DNA of 32,000 bases from Longimicrobiales bacterium. Lineage in GTDB: Bacteria; Gemmatimonadota; Gemmatimonadetes; Longimicrobiales; Gaopeijiaceae. This document shows, one piece after another, positions 24,837-31,589 of this stretch. Below the pieces are notes generated by a model, which saw only the letters and a program-made list of their open reading frames with translations, was not told the DNA's origin and ran no database searches. How positions within the stretch are numbered: the stretch's first letter is position 1; the number at the start of each line of letters is the position of its first letter. The stretch covers positions 440,684 to 472,683 of the forward strand of contig CBDBGW010000002.1 of NCBI GenBank assembly GCA_965205315.1, given 5' to 3'. The position numbers and the translations under genes are program-made.

Positions 24837-25196
24837 TCAGCTGGCTGGCACGCCGCGAGGCTCGATCTCGCGTTCGATCTCCCGCCGCGCCGGTTCGGCG
24901 TCGTCTAGGTCATACTGGACCTGGAGGCCGATCCAGAATTCGGGCGTCGTGCCGAAATAGTGCGCGAGACGAAGCGCGGTGTCCGTGCTGATGCAGCGCC
25001 TGCCTCGGACGATGTCGTTGACACGCGGCCAAGGTATCCGCAGCGCCTGGGCGAGCCGGTAGACGCTCAGTCCCAAGGGTCGCAGGAAGTCGTCCCGCAG
25101 GATCTCGCCGGGATGAACCGGGGGAAGGTGGCCGGGGGCGGCCACATCCGAGAAGTCCACGGCCCTCTGGACCACATCGTGCCGGCTGATGGTCAT
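24837..25196 (-). CDS. higA: HigA-family antitoxin (XRE helix-turn-helix), copy 1, orphan
   Basis: VHPGEILRDDFLRPLGLSVYRLAQALRIPWPRVNDIVRGRRCISTDTALRLAHYFGTTPEFWIGLQ is the canonical HigA/VapI HTH pattern. By eye there are 9 differences in 119 aa versus copy 2. Confidence 0.85.
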   Translation of the reverse strand: MTISRHDVVQRAVDFSDVAAPGHLPPVHPGEILRDDFLRPLGLSVYRLAQALRIPWPRVNDIVRGRRCISTDTALRLAHYFGTTPEFWIGLQVQYDLDDAEPARREIEREIEPRGVPAS

Positions 25197-25208
25197 CCGT
25201 CACCTCGT

Positions 25209-25262
25209 TCAGTGGTAGTCCACGATCTCCAGATCCCGGCCGTTGCCGTTCCGGCGGCTCGA
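25209..25262 (-). pseudogene. Stump of higB 3' end attached to higA copy 1
   Basis: TCAGTGGTAGTCCACGATCTCCAGATCCCGGCCGTTGCCGTTCC matches 26681-26724 and encodes ..RNGNGRDLEIVDYH*. Homology to intact higB ends near 25262. Confidence 0.75.
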
Positions 25263-25289
25263 AGGGGAGAAATTCAGCTTATGGTATAG

Positions 25290-25319
25290 TTGCTTGTTCC
25301 TACCATTCCTCAGTATACT
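25290..25319 (+). promoter_or_regulatory. Sigma70-like promoter TTGCTT-N18-TATACT upstream of vapB2C2
   Basis: AT-rich stretch GGTATAGTTGCTTGTTCCTACCATTCCTCAGTATACTTGG, 43 nt before the ATG at 25362. Confidence 0.4.
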
Positions 25320-25361
25320 TGGTGTGAAACACGAAGTCATCCCCAACCACCGTCCTCTACC

Positions 25362-25631
25362 ATGAAATCATCGACCCGGCATCCCGACACCGAACGCGTC
25401 CCGATCGACCGAGCCGGACGCCTTGTCATCCCCGCGCGATTCCGCGATGCGCTGGGCATCCGGGGTCGTCAGACCGTTGTCGTCGGCCTGAGCGGCGACA
25501 GCCTGCGGGTGCGCACCCTGAACAGCGCCTTGGAACGGCTCCAGCGAATCGCGAGACGCAAGAATCCGGATGCCGCGCGGGCCGTGGACGACTTCATCGA
25601 CGACCGGCGGGCCGAGGCGGTGAGGGAATAG
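25362..25631 (+). CDS. vapB: AbrB/SpoVT(MazE)-fold antitoxin (VapB-like)
   Basis: ORF trimmed to the ATG at 25362: MKSSTRHPDTERVPIDRAGRLVIPARFRDALGIRGRQTVVV..., a swapped-hairpin AbrB-type pattern. It ends 1 nt before the PIN gene start. Confidence 0.7.
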   Translation: MKSSTRHPDTERVPIDRAGRLVIPARFRDALGIRGRQTVVVGLSGDSLRVRTLNSALERLQRIARRKNPDAARAVDDFIDDRRAEAVRE

Positions 25632-25632
25632 G

Positions 25633-26022
25633 GTGGCGGCGACCCTCCTGGACGCCTCTGCGATTCTCGCGGCGCTCTATGAGAAGCCCGGATTCGCACG
25701 CGTTGGCGACGCGCTCGGCGAGGGGGCGGCGACTTCCGCGGTCAACGCGGGCGAGGTGGCGGCCCATCTTCGCGCGAACGACTGGAGCGCCGGGCAGGTG
25801 GCGGATGTCTTCGACGACCTGAGCATCGAGGTCGTGCCTTTCGATCGCGAGACCGCGCTCCTGAGCGGTGCCTATCGCCCCCGGACCCGCCACCTTGGAC
25901 TCGGCCTTGGCGACCGTGCCTGTCTGGCGACGGCCCGGCGGCTTCGGATCCCGGTGCTGACGGCGGACAGGGTGTGGGAACGCATCGACCTGCGCGGCGT
26001 GGAGATAGTGGTCATCCGTTGA
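25633..26022 (+). CDS. vapC: PIN-domain toxin (VapC family), second module
   Basis: VAATLLDASAILAAL.. (LLDAS acidic residue) and ..LGLGDRACLATARRLRIPVLTADRVW show conserved D/T-x-D PIN C-terminal motifs. 129 aa with a GTG start. Confidence 0.75.
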   Translation: MAATLLDASAILAALYEKPGFARVGDALGEGAATSAVNAGEVAAHLRANDWSAGQVADVFDDLSIEVVPFDRETALLSGAYRPRTRHLGLGLGDRACLATARRLRIPVLTADRVWERIDLRGVEIVVIR

Positions 26023-26307
26023 GCTGGGTCACCTCGCAGTCCGTCGGAGGGTGATTTGGTGCGATTTGGTGCGTCCCGGTGGCCGAATGGCCCCGCCGAG
26101 GTACCGAGGCCCTTCCACTCGGAAACCGTGCTTCGTAAAGCTGGAATCCGGGTATCCCTCATGGAGGTGCGCATGACAGCTGACCGAATCCTGGAGCTGG
26201 CGGTTCGCCCCGCGGTCGGGAAGGAAGCAGGGGGGACCAGCCGGGTGTCCGGCACCCCAGCCTAACCGCGGCGAATGGACGGCCGAGGTGACGAGGCCGG
26301 TCTCCCG

Positions 26308-26667
26308 TCAGCTGGCTGGCACGCCACGAGGCTCTATCTCGCGTTCGATCTCCCGCCGCGCCGGTTCGGCGTCGTCTAGGTCATGCTGGATCTGGAGGCG
26401 GATCCAGAATTCGGGCGTCGTGCCGAAATAGTGCGCGAGACGAAGCGCGGTGTCCGTGGTGATGCGGCGCCTGCCTCGGACGATGTCGTTGACACGCGGC
26501 CGGGGTATTCGCAGCTCCTGGGCGAGCCGGTAGACGCTCAGTCCCAAGGGTCGCAGGAAGTCGTCCCGCAGGATCTCACCGGGATGAACCGGGGGAAGGC
26601 GGCCGGGGGCGGCCACGTCCGAGAAGTCCACGGCCCTCCGGACCACATCGTGCCGGCTGATTGTCAT
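26308..26667 (-). CDS. higA: HigA-family antitoxin, copy 2 (paired with intact higB)
   Basis: Same HTH pattern as copy 1. It lies 13 nt downstream of the higB stop, giving the toxin-first gene order typical of higBA. Confidence 0.85.
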   Translation of the reverse strand: MTISRHDVVRRAVDFSDVAAPGRLPPVHPGEILRDDFLRPLGLSVYRLAQELRIPRPRVNDIVRGRRRITTDTALRLAHYFGTTPEFWIRLQIQHDLDDAEPARREIEREIEPRGVPAS

Positions 26668-26680
26668 TCCGTCACCTCGT

Positions 26681-26962
26681 TCAGTGGTAGTCCACGATCT
26701 CCAGGTCCCAGGCGTCGCCGTTCCACCAGTGGAAGCAAATCCGCCACTGGTCGTTCACGCGGATGCTGTGCCGACCCTGGCGATCGCCCCTCAGAGCCTC
26801 AAGGCGATTGCCGGGCGGAGCCCTCAGGTCGCCAAGACGCTCGGCCGCGTCAACCATGAGTAGCTTGACTCGCGCTCTCCGCTGGATCTGGTGCGGCAAC
26901 CCTCGTGCGACCACTCCCGCAAAGACGGCCGCAGTCCTCTTGTCGGCGAAGCTCCTGATCAT
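26681..26962 (-). CDS. higB: HigB toxin (RelE/ParE superfamily, plasmid-maintenance killer type)
   Basis: ORF 26681..27271 trimmed to the ATG at 26962. The 93-aa product is MIRSFADKRTAAVFAGVVARGLPHQIQRRARVKLLMVDAAERLGDLRAPPGNRLEALRGDRQGRHSIRVNDQWRICFHWWNGDAWDLEIVDYH, the canonical HigB pattern. Confidence 0.85.
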   Translation of the reverse strand: MIRSFADKRTAAVFAGVVARGLPHQIQRRARVKLLMVDAAERLGDLRAPPGNRLEALRGDRQGRHSIRVNDQWRICFHWWNGDAWDLEIVDYH

Positions 26963-26975
26963 GTCCGGCAACCTA

Positions 26976-26996
26976 ACGTAACGGCAGATGTTACGT
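26976..26996. promoter_or_regulatory. Inverted repeat ACGTAAC-N7-GTTACGT, 14 nt upstream of higB; probable higBA operator within the promoter
   Basis: Perfect 7-bp arms. On the minus strand TTGCTG-N18-TACGTT overlaps it. Confidence 0.5.
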
Positions 26997-27364
26997 ACCA
27001 GCAAGTCGCCTCGATGGCTTGGTGCGGGAGCGTAAATGGGGCCACTCCGCTTCGGACAAGCGGCTCGCCGGCACCGGAACACGGCTCGCATGGAATGATG
27101 CCCGGCGTGAATCCAGGCCACGTCACGCTGGAAATATGAGCATCCAGAGTTCATATTTCTGGGAGTCGACTTCCGCTCGATCCACACTCGACAGCAACGA
27201 CTATGAATGAAATGAATGAATGGTCCGTCCACTGCGGCCCGGAGCTCGATCTTCTGGTCGTTCGCGGACACCGCGGGCGCGGATTCGAGTTCGAGCGGAC
27301 GGACTCGCCAAGGGTCACCTCATCCATGCGCTTCCGCCCGCGAGATCCTCGGATTGAGCGGCAT

Positions 27365-27459
27365 CGACGTGGTTCACGTGGGGGACCGCACCTTCCCCCT
27401 GGCGAAGGGATTCGCGCGGTAAGCGGACGCGACATCCTGAGGGAGATCGCTCCGCTGTA
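27365..27459 (+). repeat. Second copy of the 22232-22331 segment
   Basis: See the 22232-22331 feature. This copy is 1 nt shorter within the proline-codon run, so the conserved peptide is split over two frames. Confidence 0.5.
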
Positions 27460-27529
27460 GCTTTCGACTGTCGCGGACTCCGGATTCGGCAGCCGGAATG
27501 GGAGGATTCCAGGGCCCCCCACGGGGCCC

Positions 27530-29716
27530 TCAGGTCGACTTCTCGCCGTGTCCAGGTCCGACGTCAGGTGCCGGGTGCGTGGATCGCGTCTGTCTGAATC
27601 GTTCCCACTCCCTCGTGAACTTCGTCTCGTCCGGGGCCAGTCGGGTCGCGTTGGCATACGCATCGTCCACCGCCGAAGCCGACTCGCCCAGCCAGCGCCA
27701 AGCTCTCGCCAGCTCCCTCCAGGCCCAGGCGTGTCTGCGGCGCGGGGCGTCCATGCGCAGAAGGCGTTCCAGGAGAATGCGCGCATCGGCCAGCAGGGTG
27801 CGGTTCCGGTCGGTTGCGCCTTCGCGGTGGGCCTGTCCGGCCAGCGACAGCTTGTTCTGGGCGCACTCCAGCAGCGCCTGGGGATCCTCCAGGATGGCGG
27901 GGCCAGCGACGCCGAACAGTATCGCCGCCATCTCGGCGTCCCGGAGCCGTCTGGCGACGATCGCCGCCCCGACCGCCTCGCGGGGGGACAGCCTCCCCGC
28001 GGCACGGACCAGGAAACGCAGCACGCGATCGCCCTGGCCGTCCGCGACCAGCGCTTCCAGCCACGGGACGATGACTTCGGGGCGCCCTGACCCGGAGTCC
28101 ATGGACAGCGCGGCCTCGATCATCGGCTCCGCGCGGTCCAGGTCGCCTCCGGCCACCAGCTGGCGGATCAGCTCCTCCGCGAGAACGTGCGACGCGGGAT
28201 CCTCGCGCCATGCGGTCTCGAGTGCTTTCCGCGCCTCCTCGCCCCGTCCCACCGCACGCAGCTCGCCAGCCCTGCGGATGGCCGACTCGGCGCTCAGCCA
28301 CGGGTTGGCGAAGAGCGTCGCCTGGAAGAACGTACGCTGCTCGTCAAAGAAGAACTGCGGTGGCGGCGAACCGTTGCGCTCCATCTCCTTGTAGACCTTG
28401 CCTAGGCCCGTGAGACGCTTCTCGGCTAGTCCGAGCTCCTTGAACAACTCACCGATCCGCGGGTTGCGGGGCGGAACCAGCGGCGGCGCGGCTCCCGGCT
28501 GGAGATGGTCGAGATCGATTCCGTGGACGGGCCCCGGGGTGCTTCGGATGTCGATGCGGTCCGACGCTACGCGAACGAGGGTCGTATGGGGCGAGTCGAC
28601 ACCGTAACCGCGATGGAACACGGCGTTCACCAGCACTTCGCGAAGCGCGTCCTCCGGATAGCTGGAGCGACTCTGAGCGCTCGCCTTCCCCGGCACCTTG
28701 TCGACCCTCGACGCGATCAGCTCGCGGCGCAGATAGTCCAGACACCCTCGAACCTGATCCGCGAGGCCGCCCTTGAACGTCTTGTCGCGAAAGGTGTCGC
28801 CAGCCGGGCCGGACTGCAGGACGCTCGTCTCGATCGCGGCACCCGGAAACCAGCGCGACGGGTCCCGGGAGAAGAGGAGAAGCGCCACGTTGAGGGGCAG
28901 CTCGTGGTTGTTGACACGTCTGACCAGGTCCATCTTCCGGTAGATGTGCCGCGCGTGGGGCTCGTCCGACAGCGCGCTCCCGCAATCACGCAGATGTTCC
29001 CGGACCTTCGTCTCGCTGATGTCATCGACCGTGGCGTCGTTAGCCGTCCGGGAATCCCAGGGTACGATGGCGGACTGTTCGAGCAGCTGGGTCAGAAGAC
29101 CGTTGGCTTCGGCGTCCACCGTCCTGTTGTCCACCCGAACCCAGTACTTTCGGGGCCCTCGTTCCCCGTCGGGAGCTTGGTGCGGCGGGGTCTCGCTGGC
29201 GGGTGCCCAGACGACCAGAATCCTGCTGCCGCCCTTCTCCTCCCGGGAGATGCGGGGGTCATACCGCGGCTTCATCGTCCGGCACCTTCCCCGGATCCAG
29301 CGATCCGCCTCGTCCATCTGCTCGGGAGTGAGTCCCCTCGGCGGCAACTCGGCAAGGCCGTCCTTCTCCGCGACGCCGAGGACGACATATCCGCTGCCGT
29401 GACGCCTCAGGTCGTTCGCGAACGCGCAGATCGTCTTCAGCACCTGATGGCCCGTGACCTTCGGGTCCCACGTCGCCTTGAACTCGATGCGTTCGGACTC
29501 GACCGTGCGGGCGTGGAGCAGGTCGTCGAGGTTGATTCGGAGGTTGCTCACCGGGGCTTGCCGTTCCCGCTTCGCAGCTGGGTTCTCGAGGTCGTTGTCG
29601 GGCTCACCAAATGTAATCTCCGCCGTCATTTCATCGGCCGCCGGGACCGGGGAAGGGGTCGGCGTGGCGGGGCGGCCCCGCCATCCAGAGGGGGCGTGTC
29701 CACCGTCGCCTCGCAC
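27530..29716 (-). CDS. AlbA_2 (Schlafen-type divergent AAA) + HATPase_c_4 domain protein with a roughly 240-aa C-terminal helical-repeat (TPR-like) extension
   Basis: N-terminal LLHARTVESERIEFKATW..VLKTICAFAN fits the AlbA_2 signature. Central YPEDALREVLVNAVFHRGY ... RNPRIGELFKELGLAEKRLTGLGKVYKEM fits the HATPase_c_4 / RecG-C-like signature. The C-terminus is rich in A/L/R/E helices. Start uncertain: 29716, or the ATG at 29629. Confidence 0.7.
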   Translation of the reverse strand: MRGDGGHAPSGWRGRPATPTPSPVPAADEMTAEITFGEPDNDLENPAAKRERQAPVSNLRINLDDLLHARTVESERIEFKATWDPKVTGHQVLKTICAFANDLRRHGSGYVVLGVAEKDGLAELPPRGLTPEQMDEADRWIRGRCRTMKPRYDPRISREEKGGSRILVVWAPASETPPHQAPDGERGPRKYWVRVDNRTVDAEANGLLTQLLEQSAIVPWDSRTANDATVDDISETKVREHLRDCGSALSDEPHARHIYRKMDLVRRVNNHELPLNVALLLFSRDPSRWFPGAAIETSVLQSGPAGDTFRDKTFKGGLADQVRGCLDYLRRELIASRVDKVPGKASAQSRSSYPEDALREVLVNAVFHRGYGVDSPHTTLVRVASDRIDIRSTPGPVHGIDLDHLQPGAAPPLVPPRNPRIGELFKELGLAEKRLTGLGKVYKEMERNGSPPPQFFFDEQRTFFQATLFANPWLSAESAIRRAGELRAVGRGEEARKALETAWREDPASHVLAEELIRQLVAGGDLDRAEPMIEAALSMDSGSGRPEVIVPWLEALVADGQGDRVLRFLVRAAGRLSPREAVGAAIVARRLRDAEMAAILFGVAGPAILEDPQALLECAQNKLSLAGQAHREGATDRNRTLLADARILLERLLRMDAPRRRHAWAWRELARAWRWLGESASAVDDAYANATRLAPDETKFTREWERFRQTRSTHPAPDVGPGHGEKST

Positions 29717-29755
29717 AGCCGGAGCTCAGGGATGTCGCCAGCGGTTGGAGACGTA

Positions 29756-29895
29756 GGGGGGTTGCGGATCGGGACCGGCCTTAGCATTATACCTCAGCGG
29801 TAAGTCAGGGGGGCCTCCTAGAGACGGGGGCCTCCTAGAGACGGGGGCCTCCTAGAGACGGGGGCCTCCTAGAGACGGGGGCCTCCTCCACCACC
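29756..29895 (+). repeat. Homologue of 23212-23301, containing the expanded tandem array
   Basis: See the 23212-23301 feature. Confidence 0.6.
29809..29887. repeat. Perfect 17-bp tandem repeat GGGGGCCTCCTAGAGAC x4 plus an 11-nt partial copy
   Basis: Units lie at 29809-25, 29826-42, 29843-59 and 29860-76, with a partial unit at 29877-87. The array sits in the divergent intergenic region between the Schlafen-like gene and the disrupted lipoprotein gene. A single degenerate unit, GGGGCCTCCGAGAC, occurs at 23267-23280. Confidence 0.9.
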
Positions 29896-29916
29896 ACACG
29901 GAGAGTGAGGTCCCGA

Positions 29917-30199
29917 ATGAACCTGCGAACGATCTTGGCCGCTGCACCTGCGGCCGCCCTGCTGGCGCTGGCCGCCTGCGCCGAGCCCCCAACCCCGACC
30001 GCTGCGGACCCCGCCGGCCTTGGTGCCGGGGGTTCGGCTCTGCCCTCAAGCCCAGGGGGAGAGTTGGCCGTGGCGAACCAATCCGAGTGCTGGATCATGA
30101 ACCGATTTGATTCCCTGTACTTTATCGGGCCCAAGGATGATCGCCCCCAACCTGATTCCGCTACCACAGTCGCTGTCGCCGAGGGGAACGCGGACGGTT
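29917..30199 (+). pseudogene. 5' part of a lipoprotein gene interrupted by the IS3-family element
   Basis: MNLRTILAAAPAAALLALAACAEPP.. carries a lipobox LAAC; the SD GAGG lies 6 nt before the ATG. The frame runs into the IS left end at 30200. Confidence 0.7.
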
Positions 30200-30258
30200 T
30201 GGAGTTGCCCCGCTATGGCGGACGCCATTCCATTTGGGCAGCCTTAAGGAGGTGAGCC

Positions 30259-30576
30259 ATGGCGGGAGGCAGAAGGGGGCGGTATCCGCCCGAGTACAGG
30301 GAGCGGATCGTCGAACTGGCTAGGGCAGGGCGCAGTCCCAGGTCGCTGGCCCGGGAGTTCGACCCGACGGCGCAGACGATCCAGAACTGGGTCCGGCAGG
30401 CGGAGATCGACGAGGGTCTCCGAAGTGACGGCCTGACTACGGAGGCGCGCAGGGAGGTGAGGGAGCTGAGGCGGGAGAACCAGCGCCTGCGGATGGAGCG
30501 GGACATCCTAAAAAAAGCCACGGCCTGGTTCGCGAGGGAGAGCGGATCGATTCCCAGCGGGGGTATGCGTTCATGA
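30259..30576 (+). CDS. IS3-family transposase OrfA (HTH DNA-binding part)
   Basis: YPPEYRERIVELARAGRSPRSLAREFDPTAQTIQNWVRQAE..LRRENQRLRMERDILKKATAWFA shows the typical IS3 OrfA HTH plus leucine-zipper end. The SD AAGGAGGTG lies upstream. Confidence 0.9.
   Translation: MAGGRRGRYPPEYRERIVELARAGRSPRSLAREFDPTAQTIQNWVRQAEIDEGLRSDGLTTEARREVRELRRENQRLRMERDILKKATAWFARESGSIPSGGMRS
30510..30516 (+). other. A7 slippery run (A AAA AAA G), the probable -1 programmed frameshift site producing the OrfAB transposase
   Basis: Located in ..ATC CTA AAA AAA GCC.. near the OrfA C-terminus. OrfB lies in the -1 frame relative to OrfA. Confidence 0.7.
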
Positions 30577-31424
30577 AGGCACGCCGGGCCATCTTCCCGA
30601 TCGCAGCCATGTGCCGGGTGCTGGGTCTCTCCTCCAGCGGGTACTACGACTGGCTGCGGCGTCCGCCCTCGGCGCGGGCGCGGCGCGACGCGGAGCTCAA
30701 GGACGGGATCCGGGCGAAGTGGGCCGAGAGCGGCGAGACCTACGGCAGCCCTCGGATCCACGCGGCGCTGGCGGCCGACGGCGAGCGGACGGGCCGCAAG
30801 CGGGTGGCGCGCCTGATGCGGGAGCTGGGCATCGAGGGCGTGACGCGCAGGCGGTTCCGGACGGGCACGACGAAGCGGGACCCCAGGGCCAGGCCCGCGC
30901 CGGACCTGGTGGAGCGGGACTTCTCGGCCCAGGGGCCGGACCAGCTCTGGGTGGCCGACATCACGCAGGTGCGCGCGGGGACGCGCTGGCTGTACCTCGC
31001 CGTGGTGCTGGACGCCTGGAGCAGGCGGATCGTGGGGTGGGCGATGGACACCCGGATGCCGGCGAAGCTGGTGGGCGACGCGCTGAAGATGGCGGTCTGG
31101 TCGCGGCGGCCGAAGGGCGGGGTTGTCCACCACTCGGATCAGGGCTCGCAGTACACGTCGCTGGAGTTCGGCCAGCGCTGCCGGGAGGAGGGGGTCGTGC
31201 AGTCTATGGGCTCGGTCGGCGACGCGTACGACAACGCGATGTGCGAGAGTTTCTTCGCGACGCTCGAGTGCGAGCTCCTCGACCGGCGGACATTCTCCAC
31301 GGCGGCCGAGGCGAGCCGCGAAGTCTTCGGCTTCATCGAGGGCTTCTACAACACGCGCCGACTCCATTCCTCGCTGGGCTACCGCTCGCCAGCGAACTTC
31401 GAGAGACTCGGTCGTGCGGCCTGA
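30573..31424 (+). CDS. IS3-family transposase OrfB (DDE catalytic domain)
   Basis: YPIAAMCRVLGLSSSGYYDW, DQLWVADITQV (D), HHSDQGSQYTS (D) and YDNAMCESFFATLECELL (E) form the rve-type DDE triad context. It is probably expressed as an OrfAB fusion via the 30510 frameshift. Confidence 0.9.
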   Translation: MKARRAIFPIAAMCRVLGLSSSGYYDWLRRPPSARARRDAELKDGIRAKWAESGETYGSPRIHAALAADGERTGRKRVARLMRELGIEGVTRRRFRTGTTKRDPRARPAPDLVERDFSAQGPDQLWVADITQVRAGTRWLYLAVVLDAWSRRIVGWAMDTRMPAKLVGDALKMAVWSRRPKGGVVHHSDQGSQYTSLEFGQRCREEGVVQSMGSVGDAYDNAMCESFFATLECELLDRRTFSTAAEASREVFGFIEGFYNTRRLHSSLGYRSPANFERLGRAA

Positions 31425-31589
31425 CGGTAGCCTGCGGGCACCGGGCGGTGGAAGCTCCCCGAGCATCTCCGGCCCGCTCGCGTCGTCGGACTCGCTCGTC
31501 GCATCTCTCTCCCGAGAGCAGGAAGCATCCACACCAGACACCATCAACCCAAACAACCAACTGTCCGCGAAAACGGGGCAGCTCCAGTT

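Larger units (their letters stand above)
30200..31586 (+). mobile_element. IS3-family insertion sequence (1387 bp) with imperfect terminal inverted repeats and a 3-bp target-site duplication
   Basis: IRL is TGGAGTTGCCCCGCTATGGCGGAC (30200-). The reverse complement of IRR is TGGAGCTGCCCCGTTTTCGCGGAC (-31586). They match at 20/24 positions, with TG..CA ends. Flanking GTT occurs at 30197-30199 and 31587-31589. The element contains orfA and orfB in the 0/-1 frames. Confidence 0.85.

Noticed and set aside
27131-27159. Hairpin GAAATATGA-N11-TCATATTTC and the ATGA(A) microsatellite at 27201-27222
   Set aside because: These are real in the sequence, but they are short and AT-rich, with no U-tract or adjacent gene end to support a terminator or regulatory call. 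They are recorded only as an observation.
26681-27271. 196-aa version of the higB ORF
   Set aside because: HigB toxins are about 90-100 aa. The N-terminal 103 codons have no family similarity, and the operator-like palindrome (26976-26996) lies inside them. The gene was trimmed to the ATG at 26962.
27151-28005. 284-aa minus-strand ORF, plus other ORFs overlapping the 3' half of the Schlafen-like gene
   Set aside because: They lie off-frame relative to the 728-aa ORF, which carries recognisable AlbA_2/HATPase_c_4 motifs. Their translations are Arg/Pro/Ser-rich.
29809-29887. 17-bp repeats considered as CRISPR or as a coding repeat
   Set aside because: The units are directly abutting with no spacers. 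The period is not a multiple of 3, and no supported ORF spans the array.
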